Positions 57,669 through 64,000 of a stretch of DNA of 64,000 nucleotides are shown piece after piece. Source of the stretch: Myxococcales bacterium (GTDB lineage Bacteria > Myxococcota > B64-G9); assembly GCA_012798435.1 (NCBI GenBank), contig JAAZNF010000028.1, positions 94,946-158,945 of the forward strand, written 5' to 3'. Position 1 is the first letter of the stretch. Each line of letters begins with the position of its first letter. The translations under genes and the position numbers were made by a program. The notes under the pieces are model-generated. The model did no database searches. It was not told the DNA's origin and worked only from the letters and a program-made list of their open reading frames with translations.

Positions 57669-60002
57669 ATGAAAACCGAGTTTTCCAAGGGATGCTGGGT
57701 TCTCTCGGCCGCTCTGTGCGGATGGCTTTCCATCGGTCCCGGCGGCTGCAGCCGGGACTTCGAGGCGCCTCCGGTCCCCGGCGAGGTGCAAGGGAGCGTG
57801 GCGCTCTCCGGGAGCCCCACCCTGCCGGCCGCCGGCGCCCGGGTGCGCCTGCTCGAGTGCGGGCTCTCTGCGCTCGCCGACTCGCAGGGGCTGTTCCACC
57901 TGAATGGCGTTCCCACCGGCGACTATTCGGTGCGGGTGGACGGCGTCTCCGACACCGGCACGCCGCTGGCCGTCCAGCTCTCGTCCCCGGCGCGCGTGCG
58001 GGGCCCGGCGGTCACCGACCTCGGCGCCATCACGCTCGGCGCGGCCGGGCGGGTGCGGGGACAGGCCACCCTGGCCGACGGGGGATCGCCGCTGTATGCC
58101 GTGGTGTACGCCGTGGGCGGCGACCGGGTGGCGCTCGTGGCCGACGACGGCTCGTTCCGCCTCGAGGGCCTGCCCGCGGGCCGGGTGGTGTTGGGCGCCA
58201 GCCGGCCCGGCTACCAGCTCTCGACGGTCACCGTCGGGGCGACGCCCTCGGCCGACCGCTCGGTCGAGGTCCCGGCCGGCAGCGAGATCGTGGTGGAACT
58301 TTCGCTTGTAAAGCTCGCCGAGCAGGCCGCGGGCAACGTGCGCGGCATGGTGGTCCTGGGCAACCCCGGCGCGCGGGCGGGCCTGCGCGTCGAGCTCGAG
58401 GATCGTTTCCTGCGCCGGGTGTTCAACACCCAGACGGCGTCCGACGGCCGCTTCGAGTTCGCCGGTGTGCCCATCGGTGTTTATCACCTGCGCGCCTCCC
58501 ACGACGGCTACCGGCCGGTGGGCATCCCCAACCTCGAAGTGCGGGCCGACGAGACGCTGGACCTCGGGACCACCTTGGTCCTCACCCCGGAGACCTCCCC
58601 GGCCCCCTCCTATCCCTGGGACGACCAGCCCGGCGGCTCGCTGGACGATGACGGCGACGGGGTTCCCAACGACCGCGACAACTGCCCCATGATCCCCAAC
58701 ACCCACCAGATGGACAGCAACGGCGACGGGGTGGGCGACGTGTGCCAGGCGGGCATGAGCGGCGATCCCGACGGCGACGGGGTGTTCAACGAGAACGACA
58801 ACTGCCCCGCCGTCTTCAACCCGGACCAGGCCAACCACGACGACGATCCGCTGGGCGACGCCTGCGACACCGACCTGGACAACGACGGCATCCCCAACGA
58901 CAACGACGACTGTCCGCTGATCCCGGACCCCTTCCAGGAGCCCACCCTATGCCAGTGGCCGGCGGCGCTGCTGTACGCGGCCCAGGATCCCGAGACCGGC
59001 GACATCCGCATCCACGCCGCCCGCATGACCAAGTCGGGCCTGGTCACCATCCCCATCACCCGCGACGCCGGCGAGGCCTGGAGCCCGGCGTGGGACCCCA
59101 TCCACCAGCACATCTACTTCCAGCACCGCCCCCGGGCCACCACGGCCGATCCCCACCCGCTGTTTCGCATCTGCCGCGTGTCGGTGAAGAACCTCGAGGC
59201 CGCGCCGGAGTGCTTCGCCTGGGGCGACGAGGTGGGCAGCCCGGCCATCTGCGGCACCGACGCCGAGCCGGTGCTGTTCTACGAGAAGTACCGCACCGGC
59301 CAGGGCTTCTGGGACATCTACTCGGTGCCTGTGAAAAACCTCCCCGGGGGTGGGAACGAGGCCGGCTTGCGCTTGGCACTCGCGGGCCAGCTCCCCGCGG
59401 AGCGTCCGGGCAGCCTGCGCTTCCCCTCCTGCCGCCTCGGTGACGCGGTCAGCCAGGACCCCATCCGCCTGGGTTTCGCCACCGATTTCGCCCCCAACCC
59501 ACAGATGATGCCGGCCGACCCGGCGCTGCAGTGGACGGGCTGGGAGGGCACCTACCCGCCGCTCGGCGGCCGCTGGTCGCTCCAGCCCCTCACCCTCCAG
59601 ATGTCCCCGTCCTGCCACGCCCGGCGCTCCGCCATCATCCCCGTCTTCATCGACGCCGGGAGCTACCCCTGGATCTTCGATTGCCAGACCGAGGCCAGCT
59701 CCAACCTGCTCGCGACCTTGCTTCTCAGCGGCGCGTCCATGACCAGCACCATCATCCAGAACGGCGCCGCCAACCAGCACCCGGCCTACCTCCCCATCGG
59801 GACCCCCGAGGCCCTGCCTCAGACCGGCCTGCTCGCCTACCAGAGCGATCGCTCCGGCAGCGTGGATCTCTTCCTGAGCGCGGTCCGGGTCCGTCCGGGC
59901 AGCATGCCCATCACGCTCACCGTGCTGGGAACGCTCCGGCTCAGCGACGGCCCCGGCTTCGAGGGGACGCCCGCCTGGGCGGAGAGCATGACCGTCCCGT
60001 GA
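57669..60002 (+). CDS. Lipoprotein with carboxypeptidase-regulatory-like domains, TSP3 repeats and a TolB-like propeller
   Basis: G.F...GVP.G.Y repeats; DNCP...NPDQ.D...GD.C repeats; SPAW/TPAW blades. Confidence 0.8.
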   Translation: MKTEFSKGCWVLSAALCGWLSIGPGGCSRDFEAPPVPGEVQGSVALSGSPTLPAAGARVRLLECGLSALADSQGLFHLNGVPTGDYSVRVDGVSDTGTPLAVQLSSPARVRGPAVTDLGAITLGAAGRVRGQATLADGGSPLYAVVYAVGGDRVALVADDGSFRLEGLPAGRVVLGASRPGYQLSTVTVGATPSADRSVEVPAGSEIVVELSLVKLAEQAAGNVRGMVVLGNPGARAGLRVELEDRFLRRVFNTQTASDGRFEFAGVPIGVYHLRASHDGYRPVGIPNLEVRADETLDLGTTLVLTPETSPAPSYPWDDQPGGSLDDDGDGVPNDRDNCPMIPNTHQMDSNGDGVGDVCQAGMSGDPDGDGVFNENDNCPAVFNPDQANHDDDPLGDACDTDLDNDGIPNDNDDCPLIPDPFQEPTLCQWPAALLYAAQDPETGDIRIHAARMTKSGLVTIPITRDAGEAWSPAWDPIHQHIYFQHRPRATTADPHPLFRICRVSVKNLEAAPECFAWGDEVGSPAICGTDAEPVLFYEKYRTGQGFWDIYSVPVKNLPGGGNEAGLRLALAGQLPAERPGSLRFPSCRLGDAVSQDPIRLGFATDFAPNPQMMPADPALQWTGWEGTYPPLGGRWSLQPLTLQMSPSCHARRSAIIPVFIDAGSYPWIFDCQTEASSNLLATLLLSGASMTSTIIQNGAANQHPAYLPIGTPEALPQTGLLAYQSDRSGSVDLFLSAVRVRPGSMPITLTVLGTLRLSDGPGFEGTPAWAESMTVP

Positions 60003-61393
60003 AAAGCTTCTTTGCGCCCGAGAGCATCGCCGTCGTCGGCGCCTCCGACAAGCCGCTCAAGGCCGGCGCGGTGATGGTGAAGAACCTGCGCCACCTCGGC
60101 TACGCGGGCGCGGTGTACCCCATCAACCCGCGCCTCTCGGAAGTGTACGGCTTTCGCTGCTACCCTTCCCTGGAGGCCGTGCCGGGCGCGGTCGAGAATA
60201 CGGTGTTGGCCGTGCCGCGCCAGGCGGTGCCCGAGGAGCTGCGCAAGGCCGCCCAAAAGGGCGTGCGCGCGGCGGTGGTGGCCACCGCGGGCTTCGCCGA
60301 CGCCGGCGACGAGCAGGGCCGGGCGCTCCACGAGGAGATCCGCCGCATCCGCGACGGCGCCGGCTTTCGCCTCATGGGCCCGAACAGCATCGGCACGGTG
60401 AGCCCCGCCAGCGGCTTCACCACCTCCATCACCACCCTGGAGCCGCTCCCGCCCGGGCCGGTGGCGGTCTTCGGCCAGAGCGGCATGTTCGCCTCGGGCT
60501 TCGCGCGCGAGCTTGCGTCCGAGGAACGCTTCGGCATCTCGCGCATCGCCTGCCTGGGCAACAAGCTCGACATCGCCGAACCCGACGTGCTCGAGTATCT
60601 GCGTACCGATCCCGAAACCCGCGTGGCGGGGATGTACTTCGAGGGCGTCACGAACGGGGCCGCCTTCCGGCGCGCGGCCGCCCGCCTCGCGCGCATGAAG
60701 CCGCTGGTGGCCGTAAAGTCCGGCAAGAGCGAGCTGGGCCGCGCCGCGGCCGCCGGCCACACCGGGACCATGGCCGGCGAGGACGCGATCTTCGCGGGCC
60801 TGCTACGCCAGCTCGGCGTCGAGCGAGCACGCGACTTCGAGGAATTCTTCGATCTTCTGGAAGGCTTCGCCCGCCTGCCGCTCCCCGCCGGGGACCGGGT
60901 GGGTGTGGTCTCCATCACCGGGGTGGGCTGCGTGCTGTGGGCCGACGCCGCCGCGGAGGAGGGCCTGCGCCCGGCCACCCTCTCGCCCCAAACGCTCTCC
61001 CGCACCCGGGAGGTGTTCCCCGACTGGGCGCCGGTGCGCAACCCGGTGGACATGTGGTCGGCCATCGAGCGCAGCGGCGTGGAAGCGGCCTACCGCGCGC
61101 TCTCGGGGGCGCTGCTCGACGACTCCGGCGTGGACGCGCTGCTTTGCATCTTCACCCTCATCCCCGAGTCGGAGTTCGATGCCCAGGCCCTGTTCGCAGA
61201 ACTGCGACGCGCGCACCCGGAGAAACCGCTGCTGTCCTGCCTGATTGGCGGCGACGCGGAGCGCGCGCTCGAGTTCCGCCGGGGCCTGCGGCGCGCGGGT
61301 GTGCCGGTGTTCGCGAGCCCGGCGCGCGCCATGCGGGTGCTGGGGGCGCTGCGCCGGCGCGCTTCATGGCTCACCCATGAGGCGTCCCCTTGA
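59999..61393 (+). CDS. ADP-forming acyl/acetate-CoA ligase alpha-type (CoA-binding) subunit
   Basis: FFAPESIAVVGAS, GPNSIG, QSG, GNKLD, GHTG (phospho-His), NPVD; GTG start overlaps the upstream stop. Confidence 0.88.
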   Translation: MKSFFAPESIAVVGASDKPLKAGAVMVKNLRHLGYAGAVYPINPRLSEVYGFRCYPSLEAVPGAVENTVLAVPRQAVPEELRKAAQKGVRAAVVATAGFADAGDEQGRALHEEIRRIRDGAGFRLMGPNSIGTVSPASGFTTSITTLEPLPPGPVAVFGQSGMFASGFARELASEERFGISRIACLGNKLDIAEPDVLEYLRTDPETRVAGMYFEGVTNGAAFRRAAARLARMKPLVAVKSGKSELGRAAAAGHTGTMAGEDAIFAGLLRQLGVERARDFEEFFDLLEGFARLPLPAGDRVGVVSITGVGCVLWADAAAEEGLRPATLSPQTLSRTREVFPDWAPVRNPVDMWSAIERSGVEAAYRALSGALLDDSGVDALLCIFTLIPESEFDAQALFAELRRAHPEKPLLSCLIGGDAERALEFRRGLRRAGVPVFASPARAMRVLGALRRRASWLTHEASP

Positions 61394-62913
61394 GTTCATC
61401 ACGAAGAATGTTCCTCGGCATCGTGGTGGTGTTGACGGCGACGCAGGCCGGCGCCTGCCGCTGCGCCGATCCCCTGTCCCGCGTCGACGAGGTGGTACGG
61501 GCGCTGGGTGAGCTCCCGGCGCCGGGCGAGCGGCTCTCGCAGGACTGGTACCGCGTCGAGATCCAGAACCAGCCGGCGGGGTTCGTCCATAACACCGTCT
61601 ACCGGGTCCCTCCTGGAGGGGGCGGCGGGTACCTCGTCCGCCACCAGAGCCGGGTCGCGATCGTGCGCCAGGGCGAGCGCGCCGTCATCGAGGAGAACAC
61701 GGCGGTGCACGAGAACGAGGACGGCCACCTGCTCCGGCTGCGCAAGACAAAGACCCAGCCGGGTGCCCGTGAGCGAATCGAGGCCGGCCGCTCGGGCAGC
61801 GAGTTCGTGACCGTGGTGAACGACGAGATCCGCAGGGAGCCGCTCTCGCCGCCGATCTTCGCCATCGTTCGCCTGGAGTGGCACCTGTTCCGCCAGGGCC
61901 TGCGCCCGGGCGCGCGGCTCGAGGTCCGGGTTTATGACGCCGAGAACGGCGGCGCCTGCCGGATACCGATCGAGGTGCGCGAGGCCTCCGCCACCGGGGC
62001 ATCCATCGAGGCCGGCTCCTGCGCCGCGCCGGGGGCCGTGATCGCGCTTCGCCTCGACGGCGAAGGAAGGATCATCGAGTCCGTCCAGACACTCGGGCGC
62101 CTGCGCATCCGCAGCGTACGCGCCGAGGGTCCGCTCGACGTCCCTCACGGCGCGAACCTCGACGACCTGATGGCGATCCGTGTCGAGCCGCTCGCCGGGT
62201 ACCCGCACAACGCCCGCCGAGCCCGGCTGCGCCTGTCCAACTTCCCGTCGGAGCTCCCGGCGCCACCCGATGGGGCCGGTCAGCGCGTGCTTGGAAGACT
62301 GGCGCCGGGGAGCTTCGAGATCGAGCTGTCCGTCCCCGACCCACCGCCGCACCTCCCATACCCGCTGGTGGAGGTTCCGCCGGAGGTGGTGCCACACCTG
62401 GCGCCGGCGGCCCAGGTCCAGTCCGATCACCCTGAGATCGTGGCCGCGGCCCATGAGGCCACCCGAGGCGCGAGCGACGCCCTCGACGCCGTGCTACGGC
62501 TGGCGCGGACCGCCAACCGCAGGCTACGTTCGGACATGAAGACCCCCAACGCCTCCGCCCTCGACGCCTGGCGCGCCGAGAGCGGCGATTGCAGCGAGCG
62601 GGCCCTGCTGCTGGCCGCCCTGTGCCGGGCAGCGGGCATCCCGGCGCGCGGTGTGCTCGGGCTGGTGTATTCCGACCGCGCCTTCGGCTTTCACATGTGG
62701 AACGAGGTGTTTTTGGGCGGCTGGATCCCGCTGGACGCGGGACTGGAAGGCCTCCCCGCGCGTCCCACCCACCTGCGGCTCGCCATCGACCCGCTGTTGC
62801 CCGGCATGGCGGAAAGAGAAACGCGCGAGGCGGCCGGCGTCGTCGCCAGCGACCTCAAGATCGAGTTCGTGAGCTTAGAACCGCTCTCCCCGGCCGAGTC
62901 GGCTCCACCATGA
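61390..62913 (+). CDS. Secreted transglutaminase-like protein
   Basis: QSDHPEI, GDCSE, GIPARGVLG, FHMWNEV, WIPLDA (Cys-His-Asp). Confidence 0.85.
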   Translation: MSSSRRMFLGIVVVLTATQAGACRCADPLSRVDEVVRALGELPAPGERLSQDWYRVEIQNQPAGFVHNTVYRVPPGGGGGYLVRHQSRVAIVRQGERAVIEENTAVHENEDGHLLRLRKTKTQPGARERIEAGRSGSEFVTVVNDEIRREPLSPPIFAIVRLEWHLFRQGLRPGARLEVRVYDAENGGACRIPIEVREASATGASIEAGSCAAPGAVIALRLDGEGRIIESVQTLGRLRIRSVRAEGPLDVPHGANLDDLMAIRVEPLAGYPHNARRARLRLSNFPSELPAPPDGAGQRVLGRLAPGSFEIELSVPDPPPHLPYPLVEVPPEVVPHLAPAAQVQSDHPEIVAAAHEATRGASDALDAVLRLARTANRRLRSDMKTPNASALDAWRAESGDCSERALLLAALCRAAGIPARGVLGLVYSDRAFGFHMWNEVFLGGWIPLDAGLEGLPARPTHLRLAIDPLLPGMAERETREAAGVVASDLKIEFVSLEPLSPAESAPP

Positions 62914-62984
62914 ACCCACCGTAGCCCTTGCCAAAGGGATGCGATCGTGCTTTCCTGCCTGCGACCACTTTTGGGGAGGTACCC

Positions 62985-63176
62985 ATGAAGAACGTGAAAC
63001 TGGACGTCCACGGCACCCAACTCGTCATCACGGTGGATCTCGCTCAGGACTTCGGCCCGTCGTCCTCGGGCAAGAACATCATCATCGCCACCACCGAGGG
63101 CAACCAGACGGTCCCGGGCAAGGAAGACCAGGGCGTGAAGATCGGCCTGAACGTCTACCGCCGAAAGACCCAATAA
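62985..63176 (+). CDS. Small conserved hypothetical protein (63 aa)
   Basis: RBS GGGGAGG; LVITVDL...GPSSSGKNIIIATTEGN...KIGLNVY. Confidence 0.8.
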   Translation: MKNVKLDVHGTQLVITVDLAQDFGPSSSGKNIIIATTEGNQTVPGKEDQGVKIGLNVYRRKTQ

Positions 63177-63202
63177 GAAAAGCCCCGGCCGAGGCCGGGG
63201 CT
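63177..63202. terminator. Terminator between convergent genes
   Basis: AGCCCCGGCC-GA-GGCCGGGGCT, with an A-tract on the left that gives a U-tract on the minus strand. Confidence 0.7.
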
Positions 63203-63230
63203 CATCTCATCGTTCAGGGCAACCGCGGGC

Positions 63231-64000
63231 TCAACGGCAGGGGCCAGGGTACGCCATCTCCATGTTGGCGCAAGCCAGGAAGCACGGGTTGTCGTATGTC
63301 TTTCCGTCGACGCCGCAGACCGGATCGGCGTATTCGGGGCACACGCAATCGGAGGCGTAGCAGCCGGTACGGCAGACACCTGTCTCGTCACAGAAGGTCT
63401 GGCACACCTGGCCTGGCGGGCAATCCATGTCACCGTTGCACTGTGCCGGGTTCTGAATCTCCTGCAAGCAGCGCAGGTACTCTGGCGTCTGCACGAAGCC
63501 ACAGGTGACCCGCCCGTCTGAACTCATCAGTTGCTCGCAGGTGGTGAAACCCAGGCAGGCGTACTCGGGCAGCCAGATGCAGCTCGTGCTCACCGGGAAG
63601 GGCGCGCACACCTCGCCGTTGCAGCCGGTCTGCACGCAGGCGGTCTGGGCCGGCAGGCACTTGCCCATGCAGGGCGGGCAGTTGCCGTCCGGGCCGCAGG
63701 GCATGTCGGGGCAGTAGTCGAAGATGCACTCGTAGCCCTGGGGGCAGTCGAGGTTCGACTGGCACACCATGTCGGGAAGCGGCAGGCAGATGCCCACGTC
63801 GCTGCACGGACCGGCCGGGTCGCCATTGGCACCGATGCAGAACTCGCAGTAGTAACCGGGGCCGCAGGCGGCGTCGTCGACGCAGGTGCGGTTCTGCCCG
63901 CACTCGCCGGCGTACTGCACCCAGGCGTTGTCGCAGCTGGCGAAGCAGGGGTTGGGGTAGGTGCGCTCGTAGCACTGGCCGGCCGAGTCACACACCTTGG
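63231..64000 (-). CDS. Cys-rich secreted protein with Kazal-type domains (5' end outside the window)
   Basis: CPEYADPVCGVDGKTYDNPC.LAC Kazal motif; C.SNLDCP.G..C repeats; CVQTGCNGEVC eight-Cys-like module. Confidence 0.85.
   Translation of the reverse strand, partial: KVCDSAGQCYERTYPNPCFASCDNAWVQYAGECGQNRTCVDDAACGPGYYCEFCIGANGDPAGPCSDVGICLPLPDMVCQSNLDCPQGYECIFDYCPDMPCGPDGNCPPCMGKCLPAQTACVQTGCNGEVCAPFPVSTSCIWLPEYACLGFTTCEQLMSSDGRVTCGFVQTPEYLRCLQEIQNPAQCNGDMDCPPGQVCQTFCDETGVCRTGCYASDCVCPEYADPVCGVDGKTYDNPCFLACANMEMAYPGPCR

Noticed and set aside
58640-58930. Repeated GACGGCGAC-type sequence suggesting a DNA repeat array or CRISPR
   Set aside because: It encodes TSP3 Ca-binding protein repeats. 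There are no identical repeats with unique spacers and no cas genes.

Overview
A GC-rich (roughly two-thirds G+C by eye), gene-dense bacterial chromosomal segment. The many Cys-rich, Ig-like, TSP3, Kazal and PPC lipoproteins suggest Myxococcota or a related deltaproteobacterium, and hcp plus hypABCDEF suggest an anaerobic or microaerobic lifestyle (both are inferences). Housekeeping content: ndk, a tdk-upp-hpt salvage operon, panB-folD, purN with a split purH, hypA-B-F-C-D/E, rrf2-hcp, thiolase-fold plus DUF35, prolyl oligopeptidase, a CDF transporter, an ADP-forming acyl-CoA ligase, tRNA-Val(TAC) and tRNA-Asp(GTC). The strongest hidden signal, missed by the ORF track, is a two-gene operon at 8724-9091 (-) of very small membrane proteins. 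Each has an in-frame UGA followed by a Cys and a SECIS-like hairpin with a GGU loop, so both are candidate selenoproteins. Other notable modules: a sigma54 two-component system whose enhancer palindromes, IHF site and -24/-12 promoter are all visible, upstream of two secreted 'FVDxxGDGIxD' proteins and a beta-barrel; a molybdate/tungstate-type ABC permease/ATPase joined to a membrane polyferredoxin and a PQQ-like propeller; an LPP20/CsgG lipoprotein cluster; an active/inactive DUF3857-transglutaminase pair; and two families of intergenic hairpin repeats. No CRISPR array, rRNA, integrase or transposase was seen. All family assignments come from motif recognition by eye, not from database searches.
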